Source of the DNA: an uncultured Candidatus Binatia bacterium
GTDB taxonomy: Bacteria > Desulfobacterota > Binatia > Bin18
Direction: 5' to 3'
Assembly (NCBI GenBank): GCA_965242795.1
Contig: OZ251505.1
Span: 3,265,587 to 3,329,586 of the forward strand
DNA: 64,000 bases
Both the position numbers and the translations under genes were made by a program. This document shows, one piece after another, positions 1-8,440 of this stretch. The notes below the pieces were generated by a model. The model made no database searches. It saw nothing but the letters and a program-made list of their open reading frames with translations, and was not told where the DNA came from. Every line of letters starts with the position of its first letter. Positions within the stretch are counted from its first letter, which is position 1.

Positions 1-1073
1 TTGCAGACGACGATCGCGTGGCGGGGACGGTGTTCGTCCACGTAGGCCCGAAGCGCCCTGACGTCTCCCGACCGGACGTTGGCGCCGCCTTTCACCTCGA
101 TCGCCACCGCGCCGTCGCGCCCCAGAACGAAGTCGCATTCCAATCCGGACTTGGTGCGCCAGAACCGCACCGGGACGTCCCGCTCGCGATAGGTTCGCCA
201 CGCCAGCAGTTCCATCAGCACCAGATGTTCCAGCGCACGGCCGAACTCCGGTCCCGCGGCCCGTGCGACCCGCCGTCCGATCACGTGTCCGGCGATGCCC
301 ACGTCGAACAGATAGAACTTCGGCGCGCGGGTGATGACCGCCCGGGAGCGGCGGCGGCTGAACGGTTCCACGAACACGCCGAGCAGGGTATCGACGAGAA
401 TCTGAAAGTACTCGCGGACGGTCTTGGAATCCACGCCGCAGTCCCTGGCGATGTTGCTGTAGTTCACCAACTCCCCGTGGCAGAACGCCAGCGCGTCGAA
501 GAACCGCGCGAACGCGGCCACGTTCCGCGTCAGTCCTTCGTCGAACACCTCCTCCTTCAGATAATCCTGGACGTAGCCCGCCAACGCGCGCCGATGCTGT
601 GCCGCATCGTAATGCGCCGGGATCAGCCCCCGGTTCAGCGCCTTCAGCAAATCGAAGGCCGGGATTTCCGGCCACGTCAGCGGATGCAGGCCGAAACGCC
701 ACGCCCGCCCGCCGAGCAGGTTCGCCTGCCCGCGCTTCAACTTCCGGGCGCTCGACCCGCACAGCACGAAGCGCAGGCCGGCGTTTTCGATCAGCCGATG
801 CACCTCGTCCAGAATCGCCGGCGCTTTCTGCACCTCATCGATGACGACGGGATGGGCGCGCGTGGCGGAATCCAACGCCTGCACCCGTTCCCGGAAGACC
901 CACGGCGCCCGGGTCCATTCCAACAACAACCGGGTGTCGAGCAGATCGAAATGCGCGGAACGCGGAAACAGCCGGCGCAGCAACGTCGATTTGCCGGTTT
1001 TGCGCGGCCCCCACAGAAAGGCCGACTGGCCCGCGGGAAGGTCGAGACGAAGCGTGCGGTCATACTCTTCCAT
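1..1073 (-). CDS. AAA+ ATPase, DUF4143/COG1373 family (partial; C-terminus lies beyond the window start)
   Basis: Reverse-strand translation starts MEEYDRTLRLDLPAGQSAFLWGPRKTGKSTLLRRLFP (Walker A GPRKTGKST) and continues through a DUF4143-like C-terminal region (…FWRTKSGLECDFVLG…IEVKGG…). ATG at 1071-1073. The listed + ORF 18..1283 is its antisense artefact. Confidence 0.75.
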   Translation of the reverse strand, partial: MEEYDRTLRLDLPAGQSAFLWGPRKTGKSTLLRRLFPRSAHFDLLDTRLLLEWTRAPWVFRERVQALDSATRAHPVVIDEVQKAPAILDEVHRLIENAGLRFVLCGSSARKLKRGQANLLGGRAWRFGLHPLTWPEIPAFDLLKALNRGLIPAHYDAAQHRRALAGYVQDYLKEEVFDEGLTRNVAAFARFFDALAFCHGELVNYSNIARDCGVDSKTVREYFQILVDTLLGVFVEPFSRRRSRAVITRAPKFYLFDVGIAGHVIGRRVARAAGPEFGRALEHLVLMELLAWRTYRERDVPVRFWRTKSGLECDFVLGRDGAVAIEVKGGANVRSGDVRALRAYVDEHRPRHAIVVC

Positions 1074-1179
1074 TTCGGAATCCATTCCGAGATAGTCGAA
1101 CCAGTTCGGAATATACTCCGAATTGGTTCAGTCAACAACCGACAGGGAGGATTTCAGATTAGGCGGCCCGGGACCCTGA

Positions 1180-1290
1180 GCTTGTCGAAGGGACGAAGGG
1201 CCGGGGGTCGGGGATATGAGGGTCGGGGTGACATCGGGGTTCGTTTCGACAAGCTCAACGAACTTAGGGACCCCGCCCGTTGAGATCGGT
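1180..1290. repeat. Dispersed ~100-150 bp repeat family ('PFDKLR'-encoding element), copy 1 (opposite orientation to copy 2)
   Basis: …gagcttgtcgaagggacgaagggc… and …gtgacatcggggttcgtttcgacaagctcaacgaacttagggacc… is the reverse complement of …aagttcgttgagcttgtcgaaacgaaccccgatgttac… at ~15270-15330. A related copy lies at ~46290-46440. Confidence 0.55.
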
Positions 1291-1493
1291 CCCCGAGCCT
1301 GCGGGACCTCAATCTCGGTTGGTGAGTCTGTCGAACTCTATCGAAAGGTCGAGGGGTGTCGAGACGGGCTCGGGAGCCTCTCGTATGGTTCTCGATGCAA
1401 GCCACGGAAAGTTCCAGGATCATCCCGGATCTTATTCCCGATTGAAACCTCTGCCATACACTGGTTGTTGGGAGTCGGCTTGCCTGTTTTCCC

Positions 1494-3320
1494 ATGCGCT
1501 GCTCTCTGTTGGACGCCATAGGCGGCTGCGCTACAGTCGCCGGCGTGTCCGCTTCCCCCCCATCCGCCGCCCCGAATGCGACGCGGCGGCTGAGTGCGCT
1601 GCTTGGCCGCTTCGCCCGATTGTCGCCGTTCGTCAAGCCGTATTTCGGACGCCTGGGGCTCGTCTTTCTGCTGTCTTCGTTCGGCGCGGTGCTCGGGCTG
1701 CTGTGGCCGCTGTTTACGAAGATCCTCATCGACGACGTCCTGCTGGCGCGCAACCTGCCGCTGCTGTTCGCGTTGAGCGGGCTGATGGTCGGCGCGACGC
1801 TGCTCGGCTATGGCGTGGGCGCAGTCAATCGCTACGTCTATACCCGCGTGACGGCGCGCGTCCTGTTCACCCTGCGCCAACACCTGTTCGCCCACGTCCA
1901 GAAATTGTCGTTGCGCTTCCACACGCGGACGCGCGTCGGCGACGTGCTGACGCGCCTGAACGCCGACATCGCCGACATCCAGGCCGTCCTGACCGACGCG
2001 GCGTTCACGTTTGCGACCAACCTGTTCGTGCTGTGCGCCAGCGTCGGGTTTCTCGTGTGGCTGGAGTGGCGGCTGTTTCTGGTGAGCCTGGCGCTAGTTC
2101 CCCTCCAGATTTACGGCATCCGCAAAGTCCAGCCGCGGCTGGTGGCCGCCACGCGTCGCGTCCGCGAGTTGAACGCCTCGATTTCGTCGTTTCTGGTCGA
2201 GTCGCTGTCGGCCATCAAATTCGTCAAGCAGTTCGGGGCCGAGGCCGTCCAACTCGACCGGCTGGCGCGGCTGGGGCGCGAATTCGTCCCCACCGTCACC
2301 CGCTACGAAATGGTCGGCTACGTCGGCAGCACGACCACCGGCGCGGCGTCGTTTCTGGGTGGGGCGCTGGTCACCGTGTACGGCGGGTATCTGGTCATCG
2401 ACGGCCAACTCAGCATCGGCAGCCTGGTCGCGTTCACGGCCTACCAGTCGCGCGCCCTGGGTCCGATACAGGTGCTGATGGACCTGTATCTGCGCATCGA
2501 ACGGGCGGGGGTGTCGGTCGACCGGGTCTTCGAATTCCTGGACCTGGGCCGCGACTATCGGGAACCGGCCGGCGGCACGCGCCGCCTCGCCGCAGTGCGC
2601 GGGGAAGTGGAATTCCGCGACGTGACGTTCGGCTATCGGGCCGACGAGGCGGTTCTGCGCGGGCTGAGTTTTCGGGTGCCGGCCGGCCAGCGGGTGACGG
2701 TCCTCGGGCCGAGCGGGGTCGGCAAATCCACGCTGGTCGATCTGCTGATCCGGCTGTACGCCCCCGATGCAGGAAGTATCCTTCTGGACGGCCACGACGT
2801 GCGCCACCTCGATACGACTTGGTTGCGGCAACAGGTGGTGGTGCTCGGCCACGAGCCGGTGTTGTTCCACGCGTCGATGTTCGAGAACGTCCGCTACGCC
2901 AGCCCGCAGGCGTCCCGTGGCGAGGTCGCCCGCGCGCTCGAAACGGTCGGCTTGCATGACTACGTCACGAGCCTGCCGGACGGCTCCGACACCCTGCTCG
3001 GAGAACGCGGGGCACGGCTGTCCGCGGGGCAGCGTCAGCGGGTCGCCCTCGCCCGCGCGCTGCTCAAGAATCCGCGCGTGCTGGTGCTGGACGAAGCCGT
3101 CTCCGGCCTCGACGCCGAAAGCGAAGCCGACCTGCGCGCCGCGCTCGCCGCGGTCATGCGCGACCGGACCACGCTGGCCGTGACCCACCGTCTGACCTCG
3201 CTCCGGCCCGATGATGCGGTGCTCGTGCTGACGAACGGTCGCGCCGCGTGGCAGGGGTGCTACCGCGACTTGGCGCAACGCCCCGAACTCCTACGCGGAA
3301 TCCCCGCCGGAGCCATCTGA
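1494..3320 (+). CDS. qhpF: ABC transporter, fused permease/ATP-binding type I exporter (MsbA-like); QhpF-like candidate exporter for the QHNDH gamma subunit
   Basis: Six-TM N-terminal domain. Walker A GPSGVGKST, ABC signature LSAGQRQRVALARAL, Walker B VLVLDEAVSGLD. Lies beside a QhpE-like subtilisin and the qhpADCB genes. The start may be a later in-frame ATG. Confidence 0.8.
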   Translation: MRCSLLDAIGGCATVAGVSASPPSAAPNATRRLSALLGRFARLSPFVKPYFGRLGLVFLLSSFGAVLGLLWPLFTKILIDDVLLARNLPLLFALSGLMVGATLLGYGVGAVNRYVYTRVTARVLFTLRQHLFAHVQKLSLRFHTRTRVGDVLTRLNADIADIQAVLTDAAFTFATNLFVLCASVGFLVWLEWRLFLVSLALVPLQIYGIRKVQPRLVAATRRVRELNASISSFLVESLSAIKFVKQFGAEAVQLDRLARLGREFVPTVTRYEMVGYVGSTTTGAASFLGGALVTVYGGYLVIDGQLSIGSLVAFTAYQSRALGPIQVLMDLYLRIERAGVSVDRVFEFLDLGRDYREPAGGTRRLAAVRGEVEFRDVTFGYRADEAVLRGLSFRVPAGQRVTVLGPSGVGKSTLVDLLIRLYAPDAGSILLDGHDVRHLDTTWLRQQVVVLGHEPVLFHASMFENVRYASPQASRGEVARALETVGLHDYVTSLPDGSDTLLGERGARLSAGQRQRVALARALLKNPRVLVLDEAVSGLDAESEADLRAALAAVMRDRTTLAVTHRLTSLRPDDAVLVLTNGRAAWQGCYRDLAQRPELLRGIPAGAI

Positions 3321-3348
3321 TGCTCGACTCGGCAGGCGAGCCCGCCGG

Positions 3349-3365
3349 CCGGATTCACAATCCGG
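3349..3365. terminator. Candidate bidirectional stem-loop between convergent qhpF-like and qhpE-like genes
   Basis: ccggatt-cac-aatccgg: perfect 7-bp stem with a 3-nt loop. No clear U-tract follows, so support is weak. Confidence 0.25.
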
Positions 3366-3412
3366 AACGACACGTCCCCTTTGTTTCTCGAAGCGAACGT
3401 GGACAAAGCGGA

Positions 3413-4174
3413 TCAGTGCTTATCCGGCTTCCCTGGGAACGTGGGCATCTCGCCCGCCAACGTCTGCAGACACTCGTATGCGCCGCGTGGTCCGAGGTCG
3501 GGGCAACGCTGGACATGTCGTGCCAGAGCCGCAGCCACGTGCGCCGCGGCGAAGCTGTGGCCGTGAAAATTGCGCTGCTGCGCCGGGCCGGGGAGAGGCC
3601 GCGGGTGCGGATGGGCACGAAACGGAACGGGCTGATCCGCCAGCCAGCGGTACTCGTCCCAGCCACACGTCTCGTCCGCGGCCACGCCGATCATCCCCGG
3701 CAGGCAGGCCGGCAACACGTCGGATCGGTCGGGCGGCGACGAGGCGACCAGAATGACGTTTGCCGCGTGAGCACGGGCGACCAATGCTTCCAGCGGGCCA
3801 CGATGCGCCGGATTCACCAGTCCCAGGCTGAGATTGACGACGTGCATCCCTTCGGTGACGGTCCACTTCAGGGCCGCTTCCAGGACCGGAAACGACGTCG
3901 CCAGATGGTCGGTGAACACCTTGACCGCGTACAATTCCGCGTCCGGTGCCTTGCTCCGCAGCACGCCGGCCAGCGCGGTTCCGTGACCGAGTTGGTCGGC
4001 ATAGTCGGGAAGCGGGACCGGCGCGTTGTTTTCGTCCAGCAAGAAATGGATGCCGCCGGCCACACGCCCGACATGGGAATGCTCGGGGTTCACGCCGCTG
4101 TCGATCAGCGCAACCCTGACGTGCGATGCCGTCCGTACCTCCGCCCCGGTTCTGTCGTCGCGAAGGTCAGCCAT
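3413..4174 (-). CDS. qhpE: Small subtilisin-like serine protease (peptidase S8), QhpE-like leader peptidase candidate
   Basis: 253 aa with the catalytic triad in D-H-S order: ALIDSGV (Asp), HGTALAG (His), GHSFAAAHVAAA (Ser, GTSxAAP-like). Only a catalytic domain is present, matching the unusually small QhpE that processes QhpC in Paracoccus. Genomic context is the qhp cluster. Confidence 0.75.
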   Translation of the reverse strand: MADLRDDRTGAEVRTASHVRVALIDSGVNPEHSHVGRVAGGIHFLLDENNAPVPLPDYADQLGHGTALAGVLRSKAPDAELYAVKVFTDHLATSFPVLEAALKWTVTEGMHVVNLSLGLVNPAHRGPLEALVARAHAANVILVASSPPDRSDVLPACLPGMIGVAADETCGWDEYRWLADQPVPFRAHPHPRPLPGPAQQRNFHGHSFAAAHVAAALARHVQRCPDLGPRGAYECLQTLAGEMPTFPGKPDKH

Positions 4175-4355
4175 TCCGCCGGCCTTCCTCCAAGGCTGCC
4201 ACGCTCTTCAGGATATCAGGTTCGTCGGACGTGTCGCTCTTGACGAAAAAAGGGCAGGGCGTCAGTTTGAAAATTCTCCGTTGCGGAGCACTAGCCTCCG
4301 ATTATGGGGCAGACACAGGGGCCTGCCCCTACGTCCGCGCGGTTGAACTGAGGCA

Positions 4356-5657
4356 TTACTGAAAAAAGGTGTTCCTCGGACTCTCGGTACAATGCTGGTT
4401 CGCTACAGGCATCAGATCTCCCCCGAAGCCGGTATAGGCCTGCACGGACAGGTCTCGACAATCCTGGGAAACGCTCGAGACGGAACCCGCCTCGATGAAC
4501 ACTTCGCACGTCGTGCGGACCAGCGCTTCTTTTGCCGTCAGACCCGCGGCAACCAGTGCGGCTTCGAAATCGTCGGCAGCGGCTTGCGAGTCGGTCTTCC
4601 CCGGCCAATACGAAAAGATCGTCTTCGGATTGACGACGACCTCCCACGACACCGGGTCCCGGTCGACCGTCTGGCCGCAGAGAAAAAATACGTTGCACGT
4701 CGGGCGGGTCTCGGCGTCGTCCGCCGCTTCCGACCGGTCCAGCGCGCAGTAGAGATGCACGTACGCTTGTTGCGGGGAGAGATTCATCAAGGTCGCGACC
4801 TTCTCCGCTCTCCGAGGACTCGTCTCGGGCTCGGGGGATTCGTCGGACGGTGCGGGTTCGCCTGGCTCGTTCGACGCCCCAGGCCGAGCAGGCGGCGCAG
4901 GTTCGTTCGGTGCCGCGGGTTCGCCCGGAGGATTCGTCCTAGTCTCGTCGGATGTCGTGGGCGGCCCGGGCTCGTTCGGTGTTCCGGGTGCGCTGGGCGT
5001 CTCGGGCTCGTCACGCTCGACGACCACGGCGACGGGTTCGATACGATTGACGGCCATAGCGACAGGATACCATCCGTGACTCCCCCAAAACGCCCGATCC
5101 TCCAGATCGCGGGTCAGCCGAACCGCAATGTAGTACGTCCCGGGGGTCAAGCGGCGCTTGTAGAAGAACGACGTGCCGCCATGCCGTCTCTCATGGTCGG
5201 AAGCAATGGCCGATCCGTTTGCATCGAGAATGGTCGGCTCCACATAGATCCAGGCCACCCCCGCCGGCTTGCCTCTATAGCCCACCCCGGCAGCACTGAT
5301 GAACACCTCGAAAGAGGATGCGCCCGACAGATCGAATCGGAAGAAGTCGACGTCCGTGGTGCACCCTTCTTCAACGAATCCTGTCGCGGAGTACGGCGCC
5401 GAGCCCGACTGCCCGTTGAATCGGGAGAGAAGTCGATCATACGGTCGGCTCTCGGGCTGTAGCGTGGGCGGGATGGTCTGGAACGTCGAGGCAGCGAGAA
5501 CCGTTGCGTCCGCTTGCGCGTTTCCGTGGTCGTCGTTCGCGCATTGTGCCGCGGCCGGGAACTGCCCGATACGCGCCGCGGCCGGAACCGGTTCGATACC
5601 GAGCCACGCGCCCATCACTCCTGCGACGACGAGTGACCGTAATCTTGTATACTGCAT
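4356..5657 (-). CDS. Secreted protein with a Pro-rich repetitive linker (NEPGPP/NEPAPP units) and a pre-peptidase C-terminal (PPC)-like domain
   Basis: N-terminal signal peptide MQYTRLRSLVVAGVMGAWLG…AAA. PPC-like motif DVDFFRFDLSGASSFEV…LTPGTYYIAVR. Low-complexity PEPT-rich segment. Confidence 0.55.
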   Translation of the reverse strand: MQYTRLRSLVVAGVMGAWLGIEPVPAAARIGQFPAAAQCANDDHGNAQADATVLAASTFQTIPPTLQPESRPYDRLLSRFNGQSGSAPYSATGFVEEGCTTDVDFFRFDLSGASSFEVFISAAGVGYRGKPAGVAWIYVEPTILDANGSAIASDHERRHGGTSFFYKRRLTPGTYYIAVRLTRDLEDRAFWGSHGWYPVAMAVNRIEPVAVVVERDEPETPSAPGTPNEPGPPTTSDETRTNPPGEPAAPNEPAPPARPGASNEPGEPAPSDESPEPETSPRRAEKVATLMNLSPQQAYVHLYCALDRSEAADDAETRPTCNVFFLCGQTVDRDPVSWEVVVNPKTIFSYWPGKTDSQAAADDFEAALVAAGLTAKEALVRTTCEVFIEAGSVSSVSQDCRDLSVQAYTGFGGDLMPVANQHCTESPRNTFFQ

Positions 5658-5749
5658 TGTGACTGCTCCCCCCTTCGTGGAACCCGGATGCTCGTATCAG
5701 TTCTTTCACCTGCCTGCTACCTATCCGAAAGGGTATCCCGACTGCGGTA

Positions 5750-5975
5750 GCGATTGCCCAACGGCGGGCGGCTGTGGTGGCGGTGAGGCCGCTTCGAGGA
5801 GGCGACAGGTATGCGCATTCCTGCGTGCGTTCCATTCATGGCGTTCGTGGCGTTGTGGGCCGGCTCGACGATCTGGCCGAGACCGGCCGGCGCCGAACAA
5901 CCGGCCGTGGCGGCGTCCGAGGCCGCGCTTTCGGCGGGGGAGATTCTGGTGCAGAGATCATCAGGCTGCCGTGCA
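5750..5975. repeat. Direct repeat copy 1 (~225 bp, ~85% identical to 8216-8440) covering the qhpA promoter-proximal region and 5' coding end
   Basis: ttgcccaacggcgggcggctgtggtggcggtgaggccgcttcgaggaggcgacaggtatgcgcattcctgcgtgcgttccattcatggcgttcgtggcg… versus the near-identical stretch at 8216 onward. Confidence 0.7.
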
Positions 5976-6005
5976 CCGGAGGAGGCGGTCGAGCGCTGGA
6001 TGTGA
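5811..6005 (+). pseudogene. Truncated duplicate of the qhpA 5' end (signal peptide plus first CxxCH-like region, then divergence and stop)
   Basis: MRIPACVPFMAFVALWAG…AGEIL.QR.SGC matches the QhpA N-terminus (8273..) for ~55 aa. The ~50 bp upstream, including RBS gaggaggcgacaggtATG, is also duplicated. The reading frame decays after the CSGC motif. Confidence 0.6.
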
Positions 6006-6049
6006 CGCACGCTCGGCGTGCACCCTCCCGCCCACCAGCTTAACTTTGA

Positions 6050-8200
6050 GGCGAGCTACGGCTGGTTAAGTTTGCATAGCAGACGGATGCAGTACACGGA
6101 ACATAGGATGCCCCTCTCTATTTACGGAAAGGAAGATCCACTTCCCAAAGGCGACCTTCATGGGTGTATTGGCCGGATACAATTCGCCTGATGTCGTACG
6201 CTGGAAGTGGGACGACCAATATACACTTGTTGTCAAATGCCATACCGCAGGAAGGGAATTTGAAAACCAAATCGTCAAAGTTGTAGGATCTGTACCGCGA
6301 CGGTAAGGCTGCGTGGTCAGCTGGATAAACATTTAGAAAGAATCCCGGCTTTTTGTCGGATAGGACACACGGTTCCCTAACGTACACTAACGTTCTATTG
6401 TGGAGATAAATATCGAAATGAGAGTGTGCTAAGGGTTTTCTAGAGAGAACTGCCTGGTATATGTTTTGAAAATTGACTGCGTGAAACCGAGCATAGGAAT
6501 TTGCTAAATGCAACAGACCGATACCGCCTACAACGACGAAAAAGGACACAATAAGCTGAGGCGTCCGAACAAAATTCGTCATCTGATAGGTGTGTAGAAA
6601 ATTTAATATTCGCTGCCGAACGCCCGTTAATAAGCATCGACGAATTGAACTCACGATTATTTCGCTGCTTATGGCGGACTGCGGCCCGAGTCGGCGACTT
6701 ATCTTATGTGACGTTGATACTTGAATCCAGAACAGCTCTAGAGAATATAAAAAAAGGAAAAGGGCAAGAAGATATTCGTCCCACTCCTCCAACCTGGCTC
6801 CTTTACGAATCAATTGCCCAATGAATGTGGTTGTTACGAAAAAACCACTCGTTACACAGGCAATGAATAGCTTATGCTTTTTAAAAATCAGCGCAAAGAG
6901 AAAAAGAAGGAGTATGCCTATTTTGTCCGGGGTGAAAAGGAATCTTACCCAGAGAGAAAGTAGGCCAAGACTATCGATCGGATTGTTCTCGTTGATGGCA
7001 ACCCCAGAAAAATTCGCTACCAGAAACCCCAATATTAGGAAAATAGATGGGAGAGGAATTCCGAAGAACGTATTTTTTTTGCCAAAGAAAGCGAGGATGG
7101 TCATGAGAACCATGATCCGCATTCCATCTACTCTGACGAGGGTATGAATTTTATGTAGTACCCTGATATTGTGTAAATTAGTTTCATTCTGGGTATTTAT
7201 GTCCGCCCAAAAATCGGGCATCGGGTAGTTGAGAATACGGTGCCCCCAACTGATTTCTTCTCCGGTGGCATAGAAAAGCGCTATGCCCCCTAAGATGTAG
7301 AGCCGTCGCTGAAAGGGCCTTTGTTCCATTCGGGCGGTGGCGAATAAGAAGATGCTCCCCAGAAACAGCCAGACCGATGTCAGATTTTCGACCCAAGAAT
7401 CTTCTTTGGCTGAATACAGGAAGCAACATGGGTCGCTATATATAAGATAGTGAAAGAGGACAGAATTCAAACACAAGCAAAGGTAAGCGAGTGTAGGGAT
7501 CGTGTTTGCTCGGAGAGTAAAAGCAGAAAATTGGCCATGATCTTTTTCCATCTTTTGACCCTTTGTGGATCTGCTTCGGGTCTTTCAACGTCCGTTTTCT
7601 CGGCCTGAAATTGTCGGAGCCGACCGTCGCCACTATCGGGGGCTACCCTCGTTCCCCGAAGCTACATGTATCGTCTGTGTATGGCAACTGGCGCGGAACC
7701 CCAGGACGGCTCCCAATGTCTGTTGAACCGGCAACCGTCATGCACTACCGGTGCGATTGCCTCGTTCTGAGCGGCTGTGGTCAGGGTCAAGCCACTTTAA
7801 GGAGTCACCGGGCATGCGTATGCTAGTGTGCTTTCCGTTTGTGGTGTCGGAGAAGGGCTAGGCTGATGGTCCGACCGAGACCGTCCCAGAGCCGAAGCAA
7901 CAGGTTATGGCAGCCCGAGTTCGTCTTCCGGGCATCGGAGATTCTGGAGGGAAGATGTTCAGGCTGGTCAAGGCGGGGCTGGCGCGGGTTCTTCTCTCAA
8001 GCGGATGCCGTACGGACCCCGGCTGTGCTATTCTTTTCCTGCTGATAGAGGGAACTCTACTTCTTAGAGACGACCCTCGGAGATGAACTGGTCAGATACG
8101 GTCCACTAATATCGTACTTTGGAAGTGACACAACCGCTACTTAAGCGAACCAAGGCAAACTTCTAGTTCCCTTTCAATGTTCATCAGGCGGCGCCTGCGG
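6050..8200. other. Low-GC (~40%) insertion island between the duplicated qhpA 5' fragments
   Basis: Abrupt compositional shift relative to ~65% GC flanks. Carries one large membrane-protein gene and ~650 bp of non-coding sequence, and is bounded by the 225-bp direct repeats. Confidence 0.6.
6118..7551 (-). CDS. Polytopic integral membrane protein (at least 10 predicted TM helices), function unknown; encoded on the low-GC island
   Basis: 477-aa ORF, AT-rich codon usage, long hydrophobic stretches (…LFLGSIFLFATA…, …ILGFLVANFSGVAI…, …LLALFLFLYSLELFW…). No recognisable catalytic motif. Confidence 0.55.
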   Translation of the reverse strand: MEKDHGQFSAFTLRANTIPTLAYLCLCLNSVLFHYLIYSDPCCFLYSAKEDSWVENLTSVWLFLGSIFLFATARMEQRPFQRRLYILGGIALFYATGEEISWGHRILNYPMPDFWADINTQNETNLHNIRVLHKIHTLVRVDGMRIMVLMTILAFFGKKNTFFGIPLPSIFLILGFLVANFSGVAINENNPIDSLGLLSLWVRFLFTPDKIGILLLFLFALIFKKHKLFIACVTSGFFVTTTFIGQLIRKGARLEEWDEYLLALFLFLYSLELFWIQVSTSHKISRRLGPQSAISSEIIVSSIRRCLLTGVRQRILNFLHTYQMTNFVRTPQLIVSFFVVVGGIGLLHLANSYARFHAVNFQNIYQAVLSRKPLAHSHFDIYLHNRTLVYVREPCVLSDKKPGFFLNVYPADHAALPSRYRSYNFDDLVFKFPSCGMAFDNKCILVVPLPAYDIRRIVSGQYTHEGRLWEVDLPFRK

Positions 8201-8215
8201 GATCATTGGAAGAGG

Positions 8216-8440
8216 TTGCCCAACAGCGGGCGGCTATGGTAGCGGTGAGGCCGCTTTGAGGAGGCGACAGGTATGCGCATTCCAGCGTGCGTTCCATTTA
8301 TGGCGTTCGTGGTGTTGTGGGTCGGCTTGGTGATCCGGCCGGGATCGGCCGGCGCCGAACAACAGGCCGCGACGGCGTCCGATGTCGCGCTTCCGGCGGG
8401 GGAGATTCTGGAGCAGCGCTGTTCGGGCTGCCATGCGTCG
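8216..8440. repeat. Direct repeat copy 2 (functional qhpA upstream region and 5' end)
   Basis: See copy 1 at 5750-5975. Confidence 0.7.

Noticed and set aside
18-1283. 421-aa + strand ORF at the window start
   Set aside because: Low-complexity Arg/Pro/Gly-rich translation, antisense to a well-supported DUF4143 ATPase gene on the minus strand. Typical high-GC antisense artefact.
7560-8200. Possible ncRNA/riboswitch in the 650-bp non-coding stretch upstream of qhpA
   Set aside because: Moderate GC and some local hairpins, but no recognisable riboswitch consensus and no convincing promoter or terminator pair. Left as part of the insertion-island finding.
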